A program made the position numbers and the translations under genes. Under the pieces are notes generated by a model that worked only from the letters and a program-made list of their open reading frames with translations, had not been told where the DNA came from and did no database searches. A stretch of 64,000 bases of DNA from a virus, in the IMG/VR virus record IMGVR_UViG_3300018915_000002, one strand, 5' to 3'. Shown here piece by piece: positions 38,180-48,364 of the stretch; position 1 is the stretch's first letter; the number at the start of each line of letters is the position of its first letter.

Positions 38180-39454
38180 CTAACCAAGGAAAATATAGCC
38201 AGCTCGTTCCAGGTTAGACAGGACTTCGCTAATCAGAAAAATGGCATCAGGCTTCTTCACCTTCTCTCCACTCATTGGGTAATGAGGATGGATTGACTTC
38301 CAGTATTCAGCTAGTTCGCTAACCCTTAAGTCCCCCTCCCACAGGGGAATCAGTGCAACGGAAACAGAACTATCTAAAAGGAATGGCTCTGGACGGAGAG
38401 GAAGACACTCATTGATATCGAAGGGAGCAAAGCGGGTGATTGATTCAATCAGGAACTCCTTAACCGAATCACTCTTCAATAGTGGGTGTAATCTGACTGT
38501 CGGATCATTTGGTATTCTTCGAGACCGCACCCCTATCCCACACCAGAAATCTAGTAACCGATGGATAGGATGAAAAAGTTCAAATAAATGTAGCTGTTGT
38601 TCCTTAGGCAAATTTAGCGCCCAGGACAAAACATTCTTTGCTCCTGGCTCAAATAGATCGGGGAGATGCCACTGATTCCAGTTGACCATATCAATGAATT
38701 CAAGTCCTGCGGCTTTCAGTAAGGCAAATAGTTCAGTGATTGTGAACCCACGATCACCTTGGAAGAGAAAGTTCATCAAGACCGCGTGTCTGGAATGCTG
38801 CCCTTCGTAGGATGGGTTCCAGGTTTTCCTTAAGTCAACATTGGACTTGAGGTTTTTTATTACACTGATAGCCGTTTGAATCTCTTCCTCTTCTGGATTC
38901 CCGTCCATCAACCCCATCATTCCAAATATTTCCTGTGCGCGATAGTAGTGGAAGCGCTGGAAGAGGCTGTGTAGATTACCTCGGATGATGCCTTCTCGTT
39001 TGAGGAAGGTTTTCAAGACGGCTAATGCCTCAGCCGGATCTGGCATCAGGTACAGAATTTCATCGCAGTTAATATAGTCAAAACTCCCTTTCTCAATATT
39101 CGGGAGATCAAATAGAGATAGCTGTCGGAAGTCAGCTTCTAACTGGTGGTAAGCGAATCGTTGACGGGCGAGGTCAATTGAGCGATCGCTTAAATCGATG
39201 CCCGTTACCTTCGCTCCAGGATTGGCGAGAGCTAGGAGCAGGGTCTTGTATCCGCTCCCACAGCCTACATCTAATATCTTCCTGCCTTCTGGCTCTACGA
39301 TTTCCCTGTTGCGTCGGTAGAAGGCGGTGGACAGGGAATGGTAGTAGAGCGCAGCGCGATCTGTTGGAAGGTTCTCCACCTCCGTCACTGGATAAGGGAT
39401 ATAGTCGAATTGCTGTTGTATCTTTTCAAATAATTCCGAATCTTCGTTGCTCAT
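38180..39454 (-). CDS. Class I SAM-dependent methyltransferase, cyanobacterial chromosomal-type family
   Basis: ILDVGCGSG, VTGIDLS and FDYINCDEILY; the QQQFDYIPYP N-terminus is typical of this family. Confidence 0.88.
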   Translation of the reverse strand: MSNEDSELFEKIQQQFDYIPYPVTEVENLPTDRAALYYHSLSTAFYRRNREIVEPEGRKILDVGCGSGYKTLLLALANPGAKVTGIDLSDRSIDLARQRFAYHQLEADFRQLSLFDLPNIEKGSFDYINCDEILYLMPDPAEALAVLKTFLKREGIIRGNLHSLFQRFHYYRAQEIFGMMGLMDGNPEEEEIQTAISVIKNLKSNVDLRKTWNPSYEGQHSRHAVLMNFLFQGDRGFTITELFALLKAAGLEFIDMVNWNQWHLPDLFEPGAKNVLSWALNLPKEQQLHLFELFHPIHRLLDFWCGIGVRSRRIPNDPTVRLHPLLKSDSVKEFLIESITRFAPFDINECLPLRPEPFLLDSSVSVALIPLWEGDLRVSELAEYWKSIHPHYPMSGEKVKKPDAIFLISEVLSNLERAGYIFLG

Positions 39455-39718
39455 GGATGATTTTGACGTTTGGAAAACAAAATGCTCCGAACTTCGGTTC
39501 GGGATTCAGGGAGAAATTTACCCTGATTTAGAAGCTTGGGAGAAAGCTATTCAAGTCTATGACAGAAACTAGTACTGGGTCTACGAATGGATGATGGTTG
39601 GCAACCCTACCCCACCTGCATGGTTTTTTAAGTTCAGAGAAAAGTACTTGCAGGCACTTTCAGGCACAAAAAAAGCCACCACGGACTTCCGTGGTGGCTA
39701 AATTCAAGCCGAGCCTAA

Positions 39719-40315
39719 TTAACAGAGATGCTCAAACTGAAGCAATGTGCTGAGAGTTTGATTCGCAGAGAACGGATCGCTCTCAACTGATTGACGGGCG
39801 ATCGCATCCAAATAAACGCGATCTTTCCCAGAGACGGAAGCAATCTGCACTCCTGGATGAGTGCGGTTAAAATGATCAGCCGCGTCCGACTGGTGTTGAC
39901 CTGTAAACTCGTGATTGTATTTATCACCTGTCGTGGTCTCAACCCACCAGGATTTCCAGTATGGAGTGTTGGTTGTGTTACCGCACCAGAAGTCGGCAAC
40001 CATGCGAGTGATGTATTCATCCTTAAATGAAGGAGCAATGATGTCAGCCTTCCATAACCGAGCAGGCTCGTTGTCTTGAACCAGAACGAAAATATCGAAC
40101 CAGTCATAGTGCATAGGACATCTTACTGCTCTTTCCACAACTAATTCGTCAGGGTCAGGTTCTGCTGTGATCGCCAGTCCATCAACGAACCAAATGGCGA
40201 GTTGTTCAACTTGTTTTCCCTTGTGGTTCAGCATTATTCTCTCCAAAAAATTAGGAAGTGTACTAGGATTCGCGATATACAAAATCGCTCTGAAGGTATT
40301 GAGTGTAGGAATCAA
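39719..40315 (-). CDS. Hypothetical protein
   Basis: 198-aa ORF; true start may be 40234. Confidence 0.55.
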   Translation of the reverse strand: MIPTLNTFRAILYIANPSTLPNFLERIMLNHKGKQVEQLAIWFVDGLAITAEPDPDELVVERAVRCPMHYDWFDIFVLVQDNEPARLWKADIIAPSFKDEYITRMVADFWCGNTTNTPYWKSWWVETTTGDKYNHEFTGQHQSDAADHFNRTHPGVQIASVSGKDRVYLDAIARQSVESDPFSANQTLSTLLQFEHLC

Positions 40316-40652
40316 GTAGCGCGATCGCTACTTCATTGTTCCTTGAATTAAAAAACTGGAAATTCCCGTTCTCTTTACGAGTGTAGATTTCACCAAAATA
40401 TTTACCCTCAGGGCGTTCTGGATCATATTGAATCGTAAAGAACAACTTCCTTTGTTCAATTGCGTATTGAATCGATCTTTGTAGTTCCTTGAACGCAATC
40501 CCACGCTCAAACGGGTTTTGAGCATAGAGTTCTATGCCGAAGTTGAAAAGGGAATACTTGACTAGGTAAATACCAGGCATTTTTTTCTGGCAAGTTACGT
40601 CTTCGAGCGTTTCTAGTAACACCCAAAGCTCTAAAAGTTTTTCAAGACTCAT
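40263..40652 (-). CDS. Hypothetical protein
   Basis: Start moved to MSLEKLL (promoter at 40681 plus GCAAAGCC leader). Confidence 0.55.
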   Translation of the reverse strand: MSLEKLLELWVLLETLEDVTCQKKMPGIYLVKYSLFNFGIELYAQNPFERGIAFKELQRSIQYAIEQRKLFFTIQYDPERPEGKYFGEIYTRKENGNFQFFNSRNNEVAIALLDSYTQYLQSDFVYRES

Positions 40653-40768
40653 GGCTTTGCACAATAATAAATCTAATTCAATTGTAACAAAATAGCCCCC
40701 AGTGAAATTAATCACTAGGGGTATGGTCTTTGAAGCCTCTTTAAAATCTAGGGCGTGTACCGAAAAGC

Positions 40769-41821
40769 CTACTTGACAGCATCAACAGTTAATTCGCCAG
40801 GGTTTTCCGTGTAATATGCAACGTCCAACCCAATCTGGTACAGGTAGTGGTGGATACTAGGGTTGTGATAACGATTGTAATCCTGAATTACTTGCCCCTT
40901 GGCGTTCAGTAGTTGGGGGATGCCGCACCTGATTTCCAGGGACATCAATCCACCTGCCTTGATCGACCTTTGTAGATCAATGAACGTCATTGCGTCTCGC
41001 ACTTCGCGAAACAACTTCTGCTCGTTTTCTCCTTTGGCTTCTCGTAAGATGCTTTCTAAATTGATCTCACAAGTTGAGTAGGGATAGGTAATCTCTTCCG
41101 GGGTAATCCAAGCGATCGCCTTGTACTCTTTATACTTCCAGCCCGTCACCTTGTTTTGCTTTCGGTAGTCCACCTGGTCGTAAAACGTCAGGACGAGACC
41201 CATGCTGGATTCAGAATAATAGACCTCATTATCTACAACCAAAACGAAAAGTTCTGCTGTTTTCAGGAACTCATGAATTGGTTTAGGGATGGGAAGTAGG
41301 AGATAATCACTACCAAGGTGAGTACCTATCTTTAACTTATTCGCCTTTGGAGATAGGCGCTTTAAGTCGGAGTAGATTTGATACCCCAAGAACCAAGCCT
41401 CAGCAATGCTTTGGGCTTCTTTTCCATGCTTGAGATGATCCTCTTTGAGGACAACTCGTTGTCGAGATAACCCTTCTAGCCCTACTGGGGCAATGTTAAA
41501 TAAACTGCTGCCCCACTGGGTAGGACGGCAGGCAAGTGTGACTTTTTTAAGATATCCAATCCCAAAAAAGTCGATTGTAAACATGGCTTGCTCGTAATCA
41601 AAACAACAGGGAGGTTTGAGTTCCGGATCGTTTTGAGCAGCAAAAGCATTAACCCACTCGAATGTAATCTCATCCTTGCGATCGCGATACACCCGCATCG
41701 CTTTATTTTGCTCTTCAGGGTGTATTACTAACCAGTGACTTTGTTCCGAGGTGATTAATAGATTGGTAATCTCTAGATGCTCTAGGACTTTCTCCATGTC
41801 CTTGAATCTTTCGTGGTTCAT
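40769..41821 (-). CDS. Hypothetical protein
   Basis: 350 aa; promoter plus AAGCAAAATC leader. Confidence 0.75.
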   Translation of the reverse strand: MNHERFKDMEKVLEHLEITNLLITSEQSHWLVIHPEEQNKAMRVYRDRKDEITFEWVNAFAAQNDPELKPPCCFDYEQAMFTIDFFGIGYLKKVTLACRPTQWGSSLFNIAPVGLEGLSRQRVVLKEDHLKHGKEAQSIAEAWFLGYQIYSDLKRLSPKANKLKIGTHLGSDYLLLPIPKPIHEFLKTAELFVLVVDNEVYYSESSMGLVLTFYDQVDYRKQNKVTGWKYKEYKAIAWITPEEITYPYSTCEINLESILREAKGENEQKLFREVRDAMTFIDLQRSIKAGGLMSLEIRCGIPQLLNAKGQVIQDYNRYHNPSIHHYLYQIGLDVAYYTENPGELTVDAVK

Positions 41822-42176
41822 GATTTTGCTTATTGTAGTTAAACTCCACTGTTTTTATTATAACAAAATAACAAATTGCAAAGTCCTACAACTGACGCTA
41901 TAAAACAAAATAGCCCTCAGTGAAATCCATCACTGAGGGCTGTTATTTGAAGCTTCTTTTTAAAATCTGCGGCGTTGTTCTCTACTTTGGTTAAGACCTA
42001 TTGGACTGTTTACGGTATTCCGTAAATCTACATCCCTGCAACAAGGCTGGACACATCGCGGCAGACTTTTTCTTTATACAAACATTGTAACACTAAATTG
42101 AAGCAATGTGTGTAAAAGTCTTGTATTATGACGTATTTAAGGTCATAATAGTATTGTAACAGATATTTTACAAACA

Positions 42177-43865
42177 ATGAATTTCAAGCAACTCGGCGAA
42201 CTTATCGCCCGGATTTCGGCTGTCGCTTGCGCGAAGGAAACATTCTCTATCCTCATCGAATACAACCGAGGGTGGGAGAAATTGACCTTTACGTTTGAGA
42301 CAGAAGACGGCATCAAGTTTCAGTTGGTTGAACGCGCCAAGTCTTCTGGGAAGTGGCAGTGTCTCATTCAGTTCTATGAATTGTGCGAGTTCCACGTCCA
42401 CAACAAAGACAAGGTAAGCGACGATCAAATCATCGAATTCGATGGCTCTGACAAGTGGCTTGCGCTCCGAGCCGGAGCCGTCGAGGACTATATTGGATAT
42501 ACTTCGCATGGAATTGAAGAAGTTGAACTCACAGAGTGGGAGAAACGAGAGAAAGACGAATACTTCCGCTTCTTCTGGTTTGACCCACTGGAGTTTGAGA
42601 CATATCACGAAGCCACTGTAAGTATCAGCGAATGGTTCCATTTGAAAGCCGCTGCTTTAATTGCTCGGCAAAATTCTGTTCGCAGGAAGACCAAGTACCC
42701 AGCCCTTGCTGGAATCAATATCAGCGCAGTCAATCACCACTTAGAAATAAGTGCAATGTGCGATCGCGCTACTACTTATCGTCTATTGTGGCGAGAAGAG
42801 CCATTTGATGAACCCTTCTCATTCACTATCCCTGTTGAGTTGATAGACCACATCAACAGGGCGCTTGACGGAGATGCCGTCTGGAATGTGCGCTTTATGG
42901 TCAATCCCGAAGAAGTTTGGGTCAAGGTCATCTATGCCAAGAGCAACAAATCAGATGAGGGGATAGAAATGAAGGACATTAACTTCTGTGTCCCTCCGGT
43001 CTCAGGTCGATACTGGTATCCCAAGGTGCCTATTAACCAAATCACAGAGAAAAGCGTAGGCATCAAAACGCACCAGCTCAAGGAAGCTTTAGAATTCATC
43101 CAACTCGACAGCGGGAAAGGCTGTGTCCTGCACAACCAGATTCTTCTGCAAGTACAGGATGAGCAACTCTATATTCACGGGCTTGGCTCTAGCTATCTAC
43201 TAGAAACAGCCGATTGTCGCGACGTACAAGATGCGTCCATACACCTCGACCTTATCCAGTTACTGGATATGATCAAGTACATTCCAAGTGAAACCAGTAT
43301 CTTTCTGGAATTCCCAGACAAAATCACCCAAGCACTGATGATTGGAAACTGCACAGGCATCCAGTACCTAGTGTTTGGACAGGTGAAGGGAGAAGATTTT
43401 CAAGTAGGCGATCTTCTCTCTGTCCCAGGAATTCTTCCTGGTGAACCCGATCTACTTCTTCGCCTAGTCGAAGAACCTCTGGCTCTCGCAATGTCAGAGG
43501 AAGAAAGCCTACTTGACGCTCAACTTGAACGGGAGGCTTATAGCTGCTACGAAAACTGGCAGTTCTGGGCAGCCGTAGAGAATCTATGCGATCGCCTTGA
43601 CGAGACACTAGATCTTGTCGATGGCTGTACCGATCCAGTCATCAAGAAGCAGTTGTACGACTTCTTGTACGACTACAGCACAATGCATGTAAAACGAACC
43701 AATGGCATCGGAGATGTATATCGTCCCGATCCAAACGTTTGTGTGGAGTCACAAGTAGATGACCTCAATGCAGCCGAAGCAGATGTTCGCCTTCTTAACG
43801 GGCGTGTACAGCAATTACACCTCAATTATCAGCGAACCTACAGCGTCCGCATGACGTTTGCTTGA
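42177..43865 (+). CDS. Divergent DNA sliding clamp (DnaN-like) with a C-terminal helical extension, paralog 1
   Basis: YPALAGINISAVNHHLEISAMCDRATTYRL, GRYWYPKVPINQITEKSVGIKTHQLKEAL and IHLDLIQLLDMIKYI...FLEFPDKITQALM...IQYLVFG each parallel DnaN domain 2/3 segments. Confidence 0.6.
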   Translation: MNFKQLGELIARISAVACAKETFSILIEYNRGWEKLTFTFETEDGIKFQLVERAKSSGKWQCLIQFYELCEFHVHNKDKVSDDQIIEFDGSDKWLALRAGAVEDYIGYTSHGIEEVELTEWEKREKDEYFRFFWFDPLEFETYHEATVSISEWFHLKAAALIARQNSVRRKTKYPALAGINISAVNHHLEISAMCDRATTYRLLWREEPFDEPFSFTIPVELIDHINRALDGDAVWNVRFMVNPEEVWVKVIYAKSNKSDEGIEMKDINFCVPPVSGRYWYPKVPINQITEKSVGIKTHQLKEALEFIQLDSGKGCVLHNQILLQVQDEQLYIHGLGSSYLLETADCRDVQDASIHLDLIQLLDMIKYIPSETSIFLEFPDKITQALMIGNCTGIQYLVFGQVKGEDFQVGDLLSVPGILPGEPDLLLRLVEEPLALAMSEEESLLDAQLEREAYSCYENWQFWAAVENLCDRLDETLDLVDGCTDPVIKKQLYDFLYDYSTMHVKRTNGIGDVYRPDPNVCVESQVDDLNAAEADVRLLNGRVQQLHLNYQRTYSVRMTFA

Positions 43866-43979
43866 TTTAAGCCCCTATCACGGAGTTCCGTGGTAGGGGC
43901 TTTGCCTATGGTGCCTATGTTATAACACTGTTACAATATAAGAAGAAGTTAAATTACTTTAAGCATTTAAAGCAAAGCC

Positions 43980-45683
43980 ATGAAAATCAAAGACCTTCGC
44001 GATATCGTCGCGCAGATTGATGCTGCTTGTCCAACCGAAGATACTGAATTCCCTGTCCTCTTAGAGGGACGACAAGGCTTTCTTCAAATCACATTTATGT
44101 CGCACGATGACATCAAAATCCAACTGCATTATCGATGTGATTCCGAAGAAGACTGGGCAGTGATCGCCTACTTCTACGAGTTGTCCGACTTAGTGGGGCA
44201 ATTCGGTAAGCAGCATGTTGATGAAGCACGAGTCTCCATTACTCCAATGGATGGCACTCTTACGGTGGAGTGCAACAAGACGAAATATAACTTAGGACGC
44301 GCAGTGGAATCTATGACTGAAGACTTTGAACTTCTCTTCTTCAATGAAGAGGAGTTTGAGGCTTATCACACCTGTCGTGTTCTAGGAGACGAGTGGTCAC
44401 ATCTCAAGGCGGCAGCCTTCATTGCACGGCAAAACACAGTTAAAAAGAAGGCTAAATACCCAGCTTTATGTGGCATTAACCTTTCTGGGGTTACCAATAA
44501 CCTAGAAATCAGTGCCATGTGTCCGACCGCTACTACTTATCGCCTGATTTGGCAAAAAGACCCCTACTGGCAGAACTTCAGTTTCACTATTCCAGTAGAA
44601 CTGATTGACCAAATCAACAAGAGTATCGATCCGTCTTGGTTCAATTCAGTAGAGTTTGAGATCAGTCCAGAGCTTGTGAAAGCAACGCTCTGCTCTGTTT
44701 CTATTGACAAAGGGAAAACACCTGAAAACAATAGCAGGACAATTAAAAGAGTAGTACGGTTTCTAGTGGCTCCCATCAAAGGGCGCTACTTTTACCCAAA
44801 AGTGCCAATCAATCAAGTCACCGAGAAATCGGTAGAAGTAGGTACATGGCTTCTTAAGGAAGCACTTACAAATGCAATCAAAGGCTCTAGTCAGCCCCAT
44901 TCCAACGAAGTTTTACTGCAAATCCAAGACGAGCAACTGTTCGTCCACGGATTAAGCAGTAGCTTCCAAATTGATGCAGCCGACTGCATCGGGATAGCAG
45001 ACAACGAAGTCCGTGTCTGTGCTGTTCAACTGCTAGATATGCTCAAGCACATGGATGTCCGTAGCGCCATTGTCTTTCTGGATTTTCCAGATAAGATTAC
45101 CCAAGCGTTGATGATTAGTACCTGTTCAGGCATCCAGTACTTATTGTTCAGCCTCGTGAAAGGCGATCGCATCCTTTCTCCCAAACTTGATGTAACCGAA
45201 ACCCTTCTTACTATCCCTGGAGTAAGTCCAGGGGAGCCTGATTTAATCCTGGAACTAGCAGAGCAATCTGTGCTTAACCCTCCCAAATCAGAAGCGCAAG
45301 CGATCATAGATAAAGAGGAGTTAATCCAAGAGTATGGATTGCTTGAAAAAGAAGAAGGGGAGTTCACCGTCGCAATCAATAAAATGTGCGATCAACTTAT
45401 CGAGGCACGAAGAATCGTAGAAGACACTCTAGATTCAGAAGTTATGCCCCTAGTCAAGTTACTCAAAGAGACACTTGATGATCATGAATACAAACTCGAC
45501 GAATACGAGTCCGACGATCCAGGGGATCTCTACTATCACGGTGGACTTTGTAAGAAAGACCTAAATACCGAGATTGATGCAATCAATGATCTTGCCGACT
45601 CCGTTAAAGTTATAGCCGGAAGAGTGCAAGAATCATCTCTCAAGCTAGAGAAAACCTACAGCGTCCGCATAAGGTTTTTCTAA
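43980..45683 (+). CDS. Divergent DNA sliding clamp (DnaN-like) with a C-terminal helical extension, paralog 2
   Basis: Clearly homologous to paralog 1 (HLKAAAFIARQN, YPKVPINQVTEKSV, FPDKITQALM, PGEPDL, TYSVR). Confidence 0.6.
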   Translation: MKIKDLRDIVAQIDAACPTEDTEFPVLLEGRQGFLQITFMSHDDIKIQLHYRCDSEEDWAVIAYFYELSDLVGQFGKQHVDEARVSITPMDGTLTVECNKTKYNLGRAVESMTEDFELLFFNEEEFEAYHTCRVLGDEWSHLKAAAFIARQNTVKKKAKYPALCGINLSGVTNNLEISAMCPTATTYRLIWQKDPYWQNFSFTIPVELIDQINKSIDPSWFNSVEFEISPELVKATLCSVSIDKGKTPENNSRTIKRVVRFLVAPIKGRYFYPKVPINQVTEKSVEVGTWLLKEALTNAIKGSSQPHSNEVLLQIQDEQLFVHGLSSSFQIDAADCIGIADNEVRVCAVQLLDMLKHMDVRSAIVFLDFPDKITQALMISTCSGIQYLLFSLVKGDRILSPKLDVTETLLTIPGVSPGEPDLILELAEQSVLNPPKSEAQAIIDKEELIQEYGLLEKEEGEFTVAINKMCDQLIEARRIVEDTLDSEVMPLVKLLKETLDDHEYKLDEYESDDPGDLYYHGGLCKKDLNTEIDAINDLADSVKVIAGRVQESSLKLEKTYSVRIRFF

Positions 45684-45808
45684 ATCCAGTTCCCATCACG
45701 GAGTTCCGTGGTGGGAATTTTGCTTTATTCTGTTATCACATTTGTTATAATCAAAAAAGGACTACAAAGTCCTAGTAAACTTTAAGGCAAAGCCATAGCA
45801 AGGTAACC

Positions 45809-47425
45809 ATGCAAATTCAAGCAAAAGTCAGCGAGAATACCTTATCTAAAGTGACTCGCTTGTTCAACGCAAGTTTGAATGACATCTTGAACGAGTTGCT
45901 CCAAAACGAACGAAGGGCTGGAGCAACACAGGTGAAAGTGGAGGTCAACGAAGACTACTTAAGCATTACAGACGACGGGGTTGGCATCAACGACCCTAGC
46001 ATCCTGCTTACCTTGGGAAATAGCGATTGGGAAGAAGAAACCCAGGAGCGAGAAGACCCAGCAGGAATGGGAATATTTAGCCTAGCTAACCGCACGGCTG
46101 AAGTGCGATCGCGTGATTGGTTTGTGCATCTTACTCCCGCTCATTTCCGGGGCGAGTTGCCTGCAACTGTTAAACGTACACAGTCACAGATTGGAACTAC
46201 AGTCATCTTTCGACTAGAAGAAGGTGAGGCTACGAAGCTCAACAAAATACTTAGCCACGCAGCTAAATATTACCCTTTACCCGTAGAGTTCAACGGAACA
46301 CGAGTAGAGCAAAAGGACTTCCTTGAGGGCGCGGCATATATTGAGCAATGGCGCGGACTCAAAATGGGGGTTGTTGCGGATTACTACTCTTGTTTGGAAG
46401 TGATAAATTTCCATGGCATCACCCTGTCCCACGACCTTCCTCGTATCGAGCAGGTGGGTCAGTATAGTAGTCGATTGGGAGTCAAAATAGATGTAGTTAA
46501 CTGCCCAGACTTAAAGCTAGTACTACCAGCTCGGAAGGAATTGGTGCAAAATCCGTTTCTTTTGGAGCTGTACGATGAAGTGCGGCGGGTTATTTACCGC
46601 TACCTCAGGACGTTAGAGTTTCACCAACTTTCGCATGTCCTGTGGGAGGAAGCGTCATCCCTAGGAGTAACGCTACCAGAAGCCAAGCCTGCACTACTGG
46701 AATATAAGCCATCAGTTGCAGATCATCACGCAGTTAACTGGGCTGAAGAAATTCCAGTTATGGACAACAATACCTTGATTATTGATACTGAGGATCTCAA
46801 TTCAGATCAACAACAGGTGTTCTGGCGAGAGTTTGGGCGAGCCAATTTGCCCTATACGCCAGTTCAACGGCAGCCAGGGTACAAGGGTTATACCTGGTAT
46901 GACCAACTCCCGATGCTGTCGGAGATTGAGTTTGAGATTGTGATCGATGACAAACAGTTCACCCCCGAACAACCTGAAGTAGAGTACGGCAGCAACAAAG
47001 TAGAAGTCGATGATATTGTCATCACGGCTACTATAAATCAACCAGACGGGAGCAGTACGCAGCAAGTTTTTTCAACCGACCTGCACCTGTACCAGGTCGA
47101 AGATAGTTACTCTATGGAAGAGGTAACTATCTTCCTCAAACGTGGACACACGGTAAAGGTGGACGAACTGGCTGATTTACTAAAAGCGTCGTATTTCTTC
47201 CCGTCCGACGACGGTGAGGCTGATTCCTATGACACTCAGGAAGAGGGTTTTGAGGAATTTGCTCATTTGAGGGCAACTGAAATACTGCTCTCTAGCGAAG
47301 AAGCTTTTTTAGAGAATTTTCGCTCACGGCTCAATGAAATCCGCTGGATGCTTCCAGAAGGAGCAAGAGCAGAGATCAGTATGTCTCAGGAAGGCATAAC
47401 CATCCAAATCCATCAAGGCGAATAA
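45809..47425 (+). CDS. GHKL (HATPase_c/Hsp90-like) ATPase-domain protein
   Basis: N-box ELLQNERRAGA, G1 ITDDGVGI and G2 AGMGIFSLA. Confidence 0.85.
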   Translation: MQIQAKVSENTLSKVTRLFNASLNDILNELLQNERRAGATQVKVEVNEDYLSITDDGVGINDPSILLTLGNSDWEEETQEREDPAGMGIFSLANRTAEVRSRDWFVHLTPAHFRGELPATVKRTQSQIGTTVIFRLEEGEATKLNKILSHAAKYYPLPVEFNGTRVEQKDFLEGAAYIEQWRGLKMGVVADYYSCLEVINFHGITLSHDLPRIEQVGQYSSRLGVKIDVVNCPDLKLVLPARKELVQNPFLLELYDEVRRVIYRYLRTLEFHQLSHVLWEEASSLGVTLPEAKPALLEYKPSVADHHAVNWAEEIPVMDNNTLIIDTEDLNSDQQQVFWREFGRANLPYTPVQRQPGYKGYTWYDQLPMLSEIEFEIVIDDKQFTPEQPEVEYGSNKVEVDDIVITATINQPDGSSTQQVFSTDLHLYQVEDSYSMEEVTIFLKRGHTVKVDELADLLKASYFFPSDDGEADSYDTQEEGFEEFAHLRATEILLSSEEAFLENFRSRLNEIRWMLPEGARAEISMSQEGITIQIHQGE

Positions 47426-47427
47426 CT

Positions 47428-47505
47428 CGCTTAATTGCAGGGCGAGTCAGAGAAGCTTCGCTCAAAACGGATAAAACCTATAGCGTTCGCATGACGTTCG
47501 CTTAA
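47428..47505 (+). pseudogene. 3' remnant of a third clamp-like paralog
   Basis: Translates as RLIAGRVREASLKTDKTYSVRMTFA*, matching the C-termini ...RTYSVRMTFA* and VIAGRVQESSLKLEKTYSVRIRFF*. Confidence 0.85.
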
Positions 47506-47578
47506 TCCAGTCTCGTCACGGACTTCCGTGACGAGATTTTTGCTTTATCATCATCTCAGTTATATTAAAGGCAAAAGC

Positions 47579-47794
47579 ATGACCGACAGATTAAAAGGAT
47601 TGATTGTAACCTTTGAATCCAGTATTCGCGAAGACGACGCAGAAGCGATTATCAATGCAATTAAGATGGTCAAAGGCGTGGCAAGTGTCACTCCCTCGGT
47701 TGACAACGTAGACGACATGATAAACCGACAGCGCGTCAAGAACGACCTACGCACTAAGTTCTATGAGTTATGGCAACAACTTTTTAAGGACTAA
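47579..47794 (+). CDS. Small conserved hypothetical protein
   Basis: MTDRLKGLIVTFESSIREDDAEAIINAIKMVKGVASV; start moved after the GCAAAAGC leader. Confidence 0.65.
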   Translation: MTDRLKGLIVTFESSIREDDAEAIINAIKMVKGVASVTPSVDNVDDMINRQRVKNDLRTKFYELWQQLFKD

Positions 47795-47874
47795 TTTTGT
47801 GGCGCTTTCGTTATCACGTTGTTACAATGGTAATAAGGAGTAAATTCTCCAAACCATTACTACAAAGCAAAATC

Positions 47875-48279
47875 ATGACTACGAAAAATAAACAGAAGGG
47901 CGTATATTCCCAGATGACTCAAATCATCCAGTCATCTTCCCAGTTATTAATTTCCAACAGCAATGATTTCTGGGAGGGCGATCGCAAGAAGATCGCTGAA
48001 GCCAATCCTGGCTTCCACCTCTGGATTGTTTCTACGAGCCACACCGATTTCTTCCGAATCGGTTCATATCCAAGCCAGAAGACCCTGAACGCGGTACTCC
48101 GCAATTCCATCCAAACCTACGGACGGAATTACGTGCAGTTCTACAAAGTTCAGATAACGGGACTTAATAACCACATCCCAAAAAGGTGGGAACGCCCACA
48201 AGGCTCATTGCAACGACTTACTTACGAAACGGCAGTCGAGTTTGTTAACGATGCGTTTACCCAACTAGTTAGCGCATAA
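47875..48279 (+). CDS. Hypothetical protein
   Basis: Start moved to the AAGCAAAATC-ATG. Confidence 0.6.
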   Translation: MTTKNKQKGVYSQMTQIIQSSSQLLISNSNDFWEGDRKKIAEANPGFHLWIVSTSHTDFFRIGSYPSQKTLNAVLRNSIQTYGRNYVQFYKVQITGLNNHIPKRWERPQGSLQRLTYETAVEFVNDAFTQLVSA

Positions 48280-48364
48280 AGCAGCGCCAACTAATAAATC
48301 AAGTAAAACCCGCAGCGCGACTAGCAACTGCGGGTTTTTGTTGTTGCAATAAGGAGAAGAAAAC

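Noticed and set aside
42177-45683. Assigning the symbol dnaN to the clamp-like genes
   Set aside because: The similarity is remote and judged by eye, the proteins are ~190 aa longer than DnaN, and key motifs are eroded.
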